Below are positions 27,292 through 39,189 of a DNA stretch of 64,000 nt, in pieces. The stretch comes from Podarcis gaigeae. Lineage: Eukaryota. The position numbers and the translations under genes are program-made. The DNA lies in the NCBI GenBank assembly GCA_964106915.2, contig OZ066921.1. The stretch is one strand, 5' to 3'. The notes beneath the pieces are model-generated. The model did no database searches, was not told the DNA's origin, and saw only the letters and a program-made list of their open reading frames with translations. How positions within the stretch are numbered: position 1 is the stretch's first letter; the number at the start of each line of letters is the position of its first letter.

Positions 27292-27433
27292 ATCAGAATT
27301 GTAGAGTTGGAAGGGACTTTGGGGGATCATCTAGTCCAACCCCTGGAACGTAGGAATCTTTCACCCAATGTGAGGCTCAAACCCATAACCCTCAGATTAA
27401 GAGTCTCATGCTCTACCAACTGAGCTATCCTGA
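27292..27433 (-). mobile_element. tRNA-Lys(CTT)-derived SINE with CR1 3' tail, inserted in an older plus-strand CR1
   Basis: Minus strand ggatagctcagttggtagagcatgagactcttaatctgagggttatgggtttgagcctcacattgggtg is close to tRNA-Lys-CTT and is fused to ggggttggactagatgat...cccttccaactctacaattct. Confidence 0.85.
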
Positions 27434-29675
27434 CTGCAAAGCTGTTCAACCCTGGAGCAGAGATGATGGGCCTTTCTTTGCCGGAGCCCAACCAATGTTA
27501 CTAGCTTGCAAAAATATTTACTAGCCTGCTGGTGGCTGGTAGTGGAAGGATGGAGAGCTCCATCCCTCTTGCAGCAAAGAACTGTTATTCTATGCCAGAT
27601 AGAGGAGGGAGCTTACACACTTTAGCAACCTTCCTAGTTTCTGTGCTGGGCTCAGAGGACAGGCAAAGCATTCTGTCCTTCCTCCACCACCATGCTCACT
27701 TTGCCCACATACAATTCCTTGTCACCTATAATTAGCAAGGCTGTTGTAACCTGTACTGCGGATCCTTCATTTAGCAGGATAAGATTACCTCTGAGATCCT
27801 TTCCAACTCCATGATTTTAACTCTGCAAGATTGGCCAACATTAGATCTAAAATGCCTTTTTATCCCCCCCCCCAAAACCCCCAAATTTCCCCCCTAAAAA
27901 TAGCTTGCTAATGTTGATAACAAATATGCTTTGTTATTTGGCAAGTGTCTGCTATTTTGGACTGGATTCTGAAATACTTGACAGTAACCAGTGGCTGACA
28001 CACAGCAGCAGTCAAGTCTGCACAGCATTTATACACTTAGCAGTCAGTTTTGACACTTATCTCACAAGCAGAAGTGAACAGTTGACAATATCTGATATAT
28101 GACTTGCTGTGAAATTTAGTCAATGTTGCATTAACTGTTCATGCAACCAATCCATAAATAAACAATTGTCAAATTTCGAAGTCCCATTTTGGCACCAACC
28201 TCTAAGCTTACAAAATTTCAAAAAATTGCCAAAATGTCAGTTCTGCTCTAACTAGTTTTAGGCCACTATGGCAGAATGGGAAGCTGAGGCCAAGAACAAA
28301 CTAGCCAACCTCAGGCCACCTAGCAGGTTCATGGTTAAGCCTGGAGATTTCCTGGCTCATAGCTGGCAGATAGAGCATGTTTATTTATGTCAGAACAGAA
28401 CTTTTAACTGAAGGTGGGACTTCCTATCAAATTAAAAACTGAACCCAATAGGGCACTGTTAATTTGTTACAAATGAATGCCATAAGTAATGAATCAGTGA
28501 TGAATGGGTATAAATGGCCTTTTTCAATATCCCATTCACACCCATCTGCCGCTCATTTGAGGTTGTGTGTGTCATTCTCTGGTGGTGGCTACTGCTTCAG
28601 TAGTCACTATTTTATTTTCCCAGAATGCCCTGGGTGTTGTGCCATTTGGGGGTAGGGTGGAGAATGGCAGTTCTGGGCAGCCACCATATTTGTGTGGCAG
28701 CAGCCATCCCCGCCAACCCCAACTTCAATGTCAGGAGCATTCTTGGAAAACAATATGTAGGTTACTACGAGGTAATTGCCAAAATTATGTCTTTTCAAAT
28801 TTCCAAAAATTCTTGGAGCACCCATAATCACACAACCTTATGTCTAAGTCATATTCTGATAATGGGTGATATCCAATGTTAGTCCTACTCAGAGTATACC
28901 ATGTAAAATCTATGGATTCAACTGATTTGAGTTGATCTACCCAAAGTATAACATAGTTGGAAATCACTAAATGGCCTTAACTTTTCTCATTTCTTCCTCC
29001 CATGGTGTTTTGGGAGAGTTTTCAGTCTCCTTCTGACTAGAGGCTGCTGTTTACAGTGGACAACTACCAAGAGCATAATAAAGGAGTCTCTCCTCCAGCC
29101 CCACCCCATCTGCTGCCCCAGCCTTCCCTAAAGAACACGAGATAAAGTGGTTTGCAGACATCGGGAGAACATTTGTATCTGTGATAAAGAATCAGTGTTT
29201 CAGGGTAGAAATGTTAACACTTTGAAATGGTAAATCAGAGCTTCTCACTTAACTTGTCAGCCTACAGAGAATAAAAAGTTAAAGCTCCAGCTGATATTTA
29301 CATTCATTTTCTGGGACACAGTAGCAGCAACAGAGAAAGAATGATAATAAAAACTAACACAGAGCACCTAAGTATCATGCAAACAGCTACAAAAGAATGA
29401 AAACAAGTTCTCTAGTACCCACTGCTTAATTAAAGGTTATCATCCAAATTGGAATCCCTTCTCTTTCATTTTGGATAAGTGGGAACCAGATCAGTGTGCT
29501 TGGTGGCAAAGGAAATGCACTCTTGTAATGCTCAGAAACACATATTTGCGACGATTAATTGTTGTAGTCACTAGCATAACGTCTAAGAATATGACAGGCA
29601 GGGTAAGTGTGGAAATGGGGTTAGTAGATTGAAATGACTATGCGTGGGGACCTGGTTCTTAGACAATTGCTTTAT

Positions 29676-30200
29676 TATAAAATTGGAAAGTTGGAAAGTA
29701 CTCTGAGGGTCACCTAGTCCAACCCCCTGCAATGCAGGATCTCAACTAAAAAATTCCTGACAGGTGGCCATCCAATCTCTGCTTAAAAACCTCCAATGAA
29801 TGAGAATCCATCTCCTTCCAAGGCAGCCCATTCCACTTTCAAACAGCTCTTACCATCAGAAAGTTGTTCCTGATTTAGTCAGAATCTCCTTTCTTGTAAC
29901 TTGAAGCCATTTGTTCAGGTCCTACCCTCTATAGCAGGAAAAAACAAGTTTGCTCCATGTGACAGCCCATTAGAAATTTGAAGGTGGCTATCATATCTCC
30001 TCTCAGTCTCTGCTTTTTCAAGCTAAACATACCCAGTCACCTCAACTGTTCCTCACAAGGCTTACTTTCCAGACAATTTATCATCCTGGTTGCCTTTGCT
30101 CTGCACATGCTCCAGCTTGTCAATATCTTTCTCAAACTGTGGTGCCAGGACTCCAGGCCGGGTCTGACCAAGGCAGAATACAGAAGTACTTTTCCTTCCT
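29676..30200 (-). mobile_element. CR1 LINE 3' fragment without the internal deletion
   Basis: Same 3' sequence as 17665 and 24531, but continues normally past cctcaactgttcc into tcacaaggcttactttccagac. Confidence 0.9.
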
Positions 30201-31391
30201 CATTATGTTGTTGATCTGAGTGTTAACTCAAATCAGTCCCTGTAGGTGTAGAATGAATGTTAAAAGAGGCATCCAGTGTTTGGGAAAAGATTAGGAAGAA
30301 ACCTTGTCTCTCTCTTAGAATGGACCAATGCCAATAAAAGTTTCTAAGATGTTGCCTGTACTGTTCTGAAGCAGCCTTGGAAGAAAACAACACGGTGCCG
30401 CCACCCCCATCACCACCAATAAAAGAAAGCCGCTGAAGGCATCTGATACCTGAAGCAAGAAGCAAAAAGAAAGAAAGAACAAAAGACACCATTCTATCCC
30501 TTCTTTAATCATCCATCTTCTTATGACTGGCATACAGCAGGAGAAGCAAGTAAAGTGACAATGTCTTATAATTAGCACACTGGGAATTGTCATCCTAAAA
30601 AAGCAGAAACTGACATAAGAAAGATTGGGGGGGGGCAGAGCATAACTTCAACTTTAGGCACTATAAACAACAAGAGAATAAGAGAACACACACACACAAA
30701 CATTTTTCCAGGGGCTGTTCTTCACATATGGCAGATCTGTCCCTGGGATATCGCCATATGTAAGGACATGGGGTTTTATGACTGATTTTCTGTAAGATTT
30801 ATGGAGATGATTTGCGATCAGCAATTTTTCAGAGAGCAAGTGAAAAAGTGGAAGATTGAACAGGGAGTGGGAGGGGTGGCTTTGAAAAACAAAAACAAAA
30901 TATCTGGTCTATGCAAATAAGAAGGAACAAGACACAGCATATCACTATTCAACCCATTAGAAGCAGTAGAATGAGGTGTGTATATATATGTCTATGTGCA
31001 TGTGTTTAAATGCACACATCTGAGGAAGCTGTGGGAACCAGGTGAGGACCATGTTCCATTCTGAGCAACGTCTTGAGGGCCAGATGCCAGTGATGGGTGG
31101 GGTGAGAGACAAAGCTGGGTACAAGCACAAAATCGTATCTTTGTAGTGCAGGCTCATTTCTGCACATACCCCTCTGTTCTCCACCCAGACCTCTTTTTTG
31201 CTCTTCAAAATACAGCAACCCTAAAAGAGGCCAACAGCTTCCCCATCCCTGGCTCTACAGCTTATACCTATTAACCATTTCCTTCAGATCTTGTAAACAG
31301 CTCCTAACCCAGCTAGTCACCCTCCTACCAGCCAGGTATGGGAAGCAGAGAAAGAGGAAGGACTTCGTTCAGAATTTGAAAGGCTTAGGAG

Positions 31392-31548
31392 CGTAGCTTC
31401 CCTTTTTTTGCAGGAAATTCCCTTATTCCAGCGCCATTTCCCGCTGCTTCCCGCTGCTATCCCAGATTGTTAGATATACCGTAGACTGTCCCCAGGACAG
31501 GTGAGACTGCTGATCCCTTATTTTCAAATCTGAAAGTTGACAGCTATG
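31392..31548. mobile_element. hAT MITE
   Basis: Right end aaagttgacagctatg, degenerate left end cgtagct; flanks cttaggag / cttaggat form a 7/8 match 8-bp TSD. Confidence 0.7.
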
Positions 31549-32320
31549 CTTAGGATGGAGCCTTAATAGTGTGCTATGATATGCACTGCTCCAGTGTCAC
31601 ACTCCTTCACCTTCCACTTGAAGACAAAACAAAACAAGAAGATTTAATATAAGAAGAAGAATACTGTAATAAAGAGGCAAAAAGAAAGAATATATGTGCA
31701 GAGTTTGGGTTTAGTGTTGGCATACTCTATCCTCTGAACTAAAGAACTATCCTCTGAACTAAAGAACCTTGTGAGTTATTGAACAAGTCCTCATCAATGA
31801 CAGCGACAGCTGGGAATTATGGGTAGAAAAGGATTGCCTCCTCCATTGATTACTGCATCTAAGAGATCTAACATACTTGGCACCTCTGCACTTGCTGTCT
31901 CCCTCCTGTCTGGTATCAGCCTCCTTATAAACATTTCCTTTCCTGTCTTCATTTATAATGAAGGCTGTGAATCTCCTCCACCCACCGCATTTCCTTCCTG
32001 GAAAGGAAATCCCAACTCAAATCCTCATCAAAGTTACATTAGTTGGGCAGGATTGCACTCACTGGAAGACACCACTAGAAGAATGTGGACAGTCTACTTT
32101 TCATTTCTTCCTCCTTACAAGTAGGCAAGCAAGCTTTCAGAACAGGGAATAAGCAGCAACTGTATTTCTGTGCAACTAAAAATTTGCTGCCTTACACAAC
32201 AAGCACATATGAGCAGCCTCTTGAACATTTTTAAGACCTCCCTTACATGTATCCCAACCTGTGTGCTTACACACACTTCAATGGTTGCTCTCCCACTGAT
32301 TGGTGTCCCTCCATAGAAAC

Positions 32321-32510
32321 CTAGGAAGCTGCCATATACTTAGACAGACCACTGGTTCATTTAGCTCAGTTCTGTCTATACTGATAGACAGCTGCTATCT
32401 AGGGTTTCACACAGAGGGTTCCACCCCCACCTGAAGATGCTGGGCCCTGTAATTGAACCTGGGACCTGCTCCATACAAGACAGACGCTCTACCACTGAGC
32501 TATGGCCCTT
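32321..32510 (-). mobile_element. tRNA-Ala-like SINE; other copies near 270-400, 7870-8028, 15680-15830, 22690-22860, 59610-59777, 60610-60770
   Basis: Reverse complement of the 6286 family: taggaagctgccatatact...attgaacctgggacctgc...ctctaccactgagctatggccct. Confidence 0.75.
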
Positions 32511-33201
32511 CCTCTGCAAATGTTTCTGCTCACATTAATTCTTGAGAAACATATTTAACATACCACAATAACTGCCCTCGTTAAGAGGAGCATGATTTAT
32601 CATCATCATCAACATCATCATCTTGTTAATCACCTTTTACACAATTGTTTCAAGGTGATGTAGAATAAAAACAGCAAAAAAAGCTAAACATGCCAAACAA
32701 ACAAACAAAATACAAACCCTGATACATTTAAAACAATACCAAATAGACATGTGTAACAAAGACCAATTTATCCAGCTGGGAAAATTTGTCAGAACAGAAA
32801 TGTCTTCATTTGTTTCCACAAAGTAGAGATAATGGGTATCTCAACAGGAATACTATTCCCTAGAACAGGGGCAGCAAAGGGAAGCCTATGTGTTTAGAGC
32901 TATTCACACAGAAGCTTCCATGCAATTGAGTATCAGGTTTCTTGACTGCAACGAAGCCTATGTGTGTATAACTGTATGTGCATAGACTGTCCTTTGTAGA
33001 TGTTTCACTCAACATTTGCTGCAATACACAACAATGCATACTTACTATTGTTTAAAATTAGAAATCCTTAAATATCCTACCATGTTCATGTACTCTACAC
33101 TTCCTGGAAAAGTTACAATGTGTGTATGTGAGCGAGTGAAAGTGGAGGAGGGAGAGAAGCTGCAGAAATACTGAAAGGAAGCATTTCAACCAATAATGTA
33201 C

Positions 33202-33241
33202 CTGGCAGGCTTCTGAGACAGCCTAGCATGCAGCGATGATT
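33202..33241 (-). CDS. 40-nt cassette exon B, alternative C-terminus xIIAAC* (stop at 33223-33225)
   Basis: ccttcattcag|AATCATCGCTGCATGCTAGGCTGTCTCAGAAGCCTGCCAG|gtacat. AG/GT flanked, same length as and 32/40 identical to 35415-35454; similarity stops at the splice sites. Confidence 0.75.
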
Positions 33242-34435
33242 CTGAATGAAGGCACTTGGGGGGAAATCAATAAGATTGATCATTCAGATGCTCGGCTTAT
33301 AGGTGTGGATCAGAGTTCTTGGAAAGCTAGAATGTAGGTGTTTTTTGTTTGTTTTAAAAAGGATGTTGGCAGGAAACCTTGATGGGTGTGACATTCACCC
33401 AAAGGAGGTGTGGTGGAGATGGTGGGGATGGATACAGAGGAGTCCTTCATCAAGAAAACAAGATGAATATACTGTGAAAATGCAACTATCCCCACAACCG
33501 AAAACATGCCCAAAACATAAGAGGTGGCCCATCTAGCCCAGCATTCTGTTCTCACAATGGCCAAACAGATGCCCATAGGAAACCCACAAACAGAACCGGA
33601 CAGCATCTGCAACTGGAGTGAGTGGTGTAGAACATAGCCTTCATAGCTAGGAACCATTGGTAGCTCTATCTTTTATTGTCACAAAGACAGATAGCAGCTG
33701 GATGCAGAATATTTCCAGTTTAGCCATGTATAAGAAATCAGAAGTAGGCTATGGGCTTCTTACTCCTGCCTACAAACCTCTCCTATGCAAATTCTGCCTC
33801 ATAATGTGTTTCAACCTTGCTGAAGTGTTATATCTGCACTGGTTAACATTAACTAACCAGAATCAATGTTAACCAGAATTGCCCTTGAAACAAGTTTGCA
33901 ATGCCTAGTTAAGAGGAAATCAAGGTACGTGTGTAACACTACACTATGGCGGAATCCAGCTATAGATGCGGGGAATTAATAAAAGGGGGAGGAGGAGAAC
34001 ATTGCACAGTCCCAATCTCCTAGTCTGGTTATATGAGGAATGTTCTATCTGAACATCAGTAACTTATCCACGATCATTTTCTTGAACTAAATTAAATTTG
34101 GTTTTACTGATATACAGTATATTATACATATGGCATAGCCAAGCACAATTACTTCAGATTGATAATAGGTGAAATATGTTCGCATTTATTCATTTCACAC
34201 TCACCATGTTTTGGTAGCAGGGAGTCCTTATGTCATTTCTTTATGACAGAAACACCTACCACAATCACACAGCTTTAAAGCCATGTCACTTTTTTGGGAG
34301 CCTGATTTGAATTAAAAAGTCATATTTCTAGCCATCTATTTTACCCCATATATGCCATTCAACTGCTTTGATCTGCAGTATTGGTGCTGTTACAGGTGCC
34401 ACATAATATCCATTCTGCATTTGTAAGAATGCAAC

Positions 34436-34740
34436 ATTTTAGTGTGACAGGACCTATACTTTGGAACTCCCTGCCCATGGATATCAGGTGGAAACGTTCA
34501 CTGTACCTCTTTGGCACCTGCTAATAACATTTTTGTTTAGGCAAGCCTACCAAGATATTTAGAATGTTGGTGCATGTAATCTGTTTTTAGCTTTGTTGTT
34601 GATTTTTTTAAAAAAAATTAATGTTTTAAATTATTGTTGTTGGTTGTGGAAAAACCTTAAAACAGTTTATAAAAAAAAGATAAAACAATTAAAATTAATA
34701 GAAACAGTCAAGCAGTTTATAAATTCAAATAAATAAATAA
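34436..34740 (+). mobile_element. L2-type LINE 3' end
   Basis: ctttggaactccctgccc...tttttgtttaggcaagcctac followed by a T-rich UTR and (aaat)n tail; homologous to 41620-42365. Confidence 0.65.
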
Positions 34741-35414
34741 CATAAGGAAAAGGGAATGTCACCTACTTTGAAACTAAAATGGATGACTCTCTCAAATTTC
34801 AGTTTGTCTTAGTTTCTCACCCCCCCCCCATCTCAAATTCAGTTCACCACAATTATTATTTCTGCCTCATTTGGAGAGTTGTTGTTTTTTAAATGAAAAT
34901 GCATCAACTTTTTAGTGGGCATTTCTCTTAACAGAAATATTTTCGTATGTCGTTTTTTCCAATATGAACACTTCTGCAAACACATTATCCTGATTCAATA
35001 TGTTTTCAATAATATGTGCATTTTTTTTCTCTGCACTTTCCCCTAAAAGAGGCAGTCTTGAACACATTTTTGGATTGGAGAAGTCAGTCACAAAATTCAG
35101 AGAAGTACACATTTCAAAAAACAACCTCATCTCAGTTTATGTATTGTTTTGAGAAATGCAAATTAGATCAGTTTGCATTAACATCTGAACCATAGTGTAG
35201 CTTCTTCCTCCATCCCTACATGCCAAACCATTTGACCCACATCCACAAAGGTGTTCTTTTTTCTTAAGGTGTAAAAAAAGATATAATGGCTAAGCAAAGG
35301 GGGCAAATAAATGGAAAGAATTCAACAATTTCAAAGGAATGGAATTAGCAGAAACAAGTCCTGGATGTTGCCGCTATGAATATGTTAAAACACCTATTAT
35401 TAGTTAAACCTCAC

Positions 35415-35454
35415 CCGGCAGGTTTCTGAGACAGCCTAGCACGTTGTGATCATG
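35415..35454 (-). CDS. 40-nt cassette exon A, alternative C-terminus xMITTC* (stop at 35436-35438)
   Basis: ttgactaataacatgcacag|CATGATCACAACGTGCTAGGCTGTCTCAGAAACCTGCCGG|gtgagg. Good donor, branch-point-like CTAAT, and TGC-TAG at the same exon position as in exon B. Confidence 0.75.
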
Positions 35455-37747
35455 CTGTGCATGTTATTAGTCAAACCACTTTGCCTGCTAAGTAACCTCA
35501 TATTTCTATAATGTTATCAGCGGAATGTCACCAGCAAAAGCAGTGCCAAGCCAAACCTCAACAGAAAACCAGCCAGAACCTGAACCACCGATTTTAAAAT
35601 AACTATTGGATCAGAGCTGCATATTGTGAAGGACCATGATAGTCCTTCTATGAAGAGAATGAACAGAATTGATTTGAAAGGGACAGTTTTGCAGCAGCAG
35701 CTTCTGTGTAGTTTATTTAGTCAATATAGAAATAGTGATTTTACATATTGCTCCTTCTAATAGCAAGCTCAGATGTCGAGTTTGGATGGGACTGGAGCCA
35801 AAATGAGGCCACTTTAGCAGTGAAAAAAGAAGAGGGAGGCATGTGTGTTTTCAGGGAATCCCTAGTTTTGCAGTTTGTGCATGTATATATATATATATGG
35901 TCTAAAATGGGGAAGCCCTCCTTCTAAAAACAGCAAAAACAAGGACCAAATATGCTCAGTAGCCACAGAAGGTTGAGTATCAGTTGTAAAAGAAAAACAG
36001 AAAAAAGGAGGGGGGATAAAGAGGAGTGGAATATCCTGCTTGGAAGGAATGGAAGGCTGAAACCCAGAAGCACTCCTGTTGGGAGTGAGGAAGGATAGAG
36101 CACATTTTGTTGCTGCATCCTACTTATATTGAACACATTATATACATGATGATTTGCTGACTATTTCTTCAATCTTACCCATGTCTGCATCGATTCTTGT
36201 TATATGAGCGCAATGGGGCTTACTCCCAGGCACATGTGCATAGAATTGCACTTAGATTTTTATTAGTTTCTGCATATTACCACAGATGCAGCAATAGTGT
36301 GTACAGATCACACCTGAATAGGCTCACATGGCAAATACTGTTCGGTTGCTTAGACTGTGACTGCTCATTGTCCCTGTGCTGCAGCTTATTATATAGCTTC
36401 CAGCTAGCTTGCTCCCCATGTCCAGACTCCTTAGAGTAAATACAGGAACAGGGTGTCAGATGCGTATCCTGAAGCCAAAAGAGAGGGGTTTCCTATTTCT
36501 TTGTTAGCCAAGGGAGACGAGAGGCATGCTACCCGAAGATAATAACAGGGGAAGAAATCAATTCTCTTATGTTGTTACACATCCTTGCGTGCAAGTAAAC
36601 TTGACAAGAATGAGAGTGCATTTCTACTGTGCTAAGGTCATTTGAAATCATTAGCACAGGCTGATATTATCGGCGGGGGGGACGGGACTAAATAAGGTGT
36701 ACTCACTCTGGGAGGTTCTTTCTAACTGCAAGCAGGCAGAGAGGTACAAGAAGACCTGAAAATTCTGTGCTCTGAAATTAGATCACAGACACATACGCAT
36801 GCGCACACACATACAAAAGCTCCAGGAATAAACTGTGCCGACTCTGTCGCAAAGAATCCAAACTCACAGGGACAGCCTACACACATTCAGCAGGATTACC
36901 CTCCACAGACATGCCCCCAAAGCAGGAGCAGCATAGTTGCATGGCCAGCAGTGGATGCAGGAACAGGGCTAGCATGCACAGAGCTCCCTCTCTCTCTCTC
37001 CACGCTCTGTTCATTACACAAAGGAAGGAATGGCCAAATAAGGTGGGTGGAGAAAGACTTTTCCGCAGCTGTGACCTGGTTTTGGAACTCCTTCCCAAAA
37101 GAAGTTCAGCTTTGATGCCACATAAACTGCTATTCCCCACACTATAAAACATTCTTTTTTAAAGGAAGGTCTTTGGGCAGGTGTCTTAACTTTCCTGGAA
37201 CTTGTTCTAACTTTTTTTTTTAGCTGAGTACCTTCATGATGGTTATTTAACCTTAATTATTGTTTTTAAAATGGCACTGTTATCTTTAATGGGCATTAGT
37301 CATTTGAGGTATTTTGGGGAGGGGGGAGGACAGGATGAAAAAGTTATCAAAAGGAAATAAAATACTGGGTGGTATTCAACTATGTTTCACTCAGAATCGA
37401 CCTGCTGAAATTAATGGAATAACTTAGCCATGTTCATTCATTTCAAGGGATCTACTCCTGAGTAAAATTTGTGGAATACCACCCATTGCTTTGTGTTCTA
37501 TATTTTAAGTGTGTGTGTGTGTGTGTTCCCACTCGCACACCCCTTATAGAGAGACAGACATATGCAAAGAGATGGAGCGGGGAAGTGCGAGAGAGACAGA
37601 GGGACCTTTGGGGACCTTTGGACCATAACTTGGTATAGAGATATTAAGATAAAAGACAAAAAAAGCCCAAGGTCAGCCCAGCACATTTTGCTACTTGAGG
37701 CAGAGCAGGACATGCTTCCTGAAACACACACCAAGTCAAGGTATATA

Positions 37748-37827
37748 CAGGGTGAGTCCTTTAAAAGAGGCCCCATGGATAGAGAGTACACATGTTCCAC
37801 AGGGCCTCTTTTAAAAGAATCACCCTG
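37748..37827. mobile_element. 80-bp mariner-type mini-MITE
   Basis: TA|cagggtgagtcctttaaaagaggccc...gggcctcttttaaaagaatcaccctg|TA. Confidence 0.85.
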
Positions 37828-37999
37828 TAGTACCAAAGGCTGGCCAAGTTTTACTGACACTGGAGACAGAGAATCCCACAAACTTCTCTCTCTCACACAC
37901 ACACCCCTGTAGGAAAAGTTCAATGCTAACAGTAACTACACAACTAACCATTTGCTGCCCATTCATGACACTCAAAACTACCTGCCTAGTACGGCCAAC

Positions 38000-38720
38000 T
38001 CATTCTGCTAAATGGTAGGGATGGCCCAGAGAAAAAAATACCATCCACGTATTTGCTGTACCCCACAGCGTGCAAGAGGACGCTAATATAAGTGAACTTT
38101 CAAAAGCAGCAGCAGGACTGCAAATGAGACATCTGAAAAACACTCTCTGTAATTCATAAAAGAACCGAGAGTAAAACAACTGCACGCCGCTTTTTACGCC
38201 GCTCTCCTTAGTCTCCTCCGCTGCAATGCAAATGGGTTTCAAACACATCCCAGGCTGCTTCCCCAGCAAGATTAATATGCAGGCTGCATCTCTGAAGTGG
38301 ACATAATGTCAAACAGATACATCACAAAGGAAATGTGTATTATTATATAATGAGTCAACACAAATATCATTATCGCTGCTCCAGGTACCTGCTGGCAATG
38401 ACAAGCCTGTGATACGGCTGCTGGCCTGAATACAACCTAGCTGTGTAATTGATCGAGCACTCCCTCTCCCTCTCTTTCTCCATCGCCACTGTTCCTTGGC
38501 TCTCTTGCTGAATCCACAGGGGTTCTTCATTCTCCATCCTTTCACAGGAGGCATCGCCTCTGAAGACAGACTTCCTTGCTTGACGCAACAAGATTAAGCA
38601 ATTTGCTTTTAATTAGTACTGCAGTCGTTTCCCAAGCTTAAATGGCAGCTGAACCTAGAAAGCAGACTGTCTCTTAAAAGTTTAAAGTTGATTCCCTGTA
38701 TGCAGAGAATTTTGCAGCCT
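38000..38720. promoter_or_regulatory. Candidate conserved non-coding element / enhancer
   Basis: Repeat-free with many CpGs, octamer ATGCAAAT (38226-38233), AP-1 site TGAGTCA (38351-38357), TAATT motifs. Confidence 0.35.
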
Positions 38721-39189
38721 ACTGCTGGGAAAAGTTCTGCCTTGGGTTGCCAGGGATGTGCTTGCTGCTAATTTTATTTTTGCATTTTATTTTATGGGGG
38801 GTTTAAGCTGCAGGCATCAGTTAATAGCGGCATAACGAATGGCAAATGGGGAAAATGTGACACCCCATTTTTTTGTTTTGTTTACAGGACCTAAATTGCA
38901 CCCAAACAAGACACAAAGCTTTCCCATTCTCCAGAGCAAGCCTCCATACTCTTGATGTGAAAGCCAACTCTGTTTCCTTTCAGTGAACACCAGTGCGGTG
39001 CTGAAATTTCCCCCCACCCTTTCTTTAACCCACTTCCCATCATTTTGGCAGTAAGTCACGGTCCCGTCAGCACAAGGATTTCAGCTTGTGCAGTGGGACT
39101 TTCCTCCCTGCCCATGTCCCAGAAATCTGTTCTAGGGGTTCCCCTGTGGGTTGCATGCAAGGGGAGGAGAGGGAGGAGGAAGTCCCATT

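Noticed and set aside
27362-27433. tRNA-Lys(CTT) gene
   Set aside because: Shows CpG-decay substitutions in the T arm and is fused to a CR1 tail, so it is a SINE head.
31727-31766. 20-bp perfect tandem duplication (ctatcctctgaactaaagaa x2)
   Set aside because: Ordinary slippage duplication with no sign of function.
10510-35454. Assigning a gene symbol to the minus-strand gene
   Set aside because: Only about 20 codons are visible and I do not recognise them with confidence; a database search is needed.
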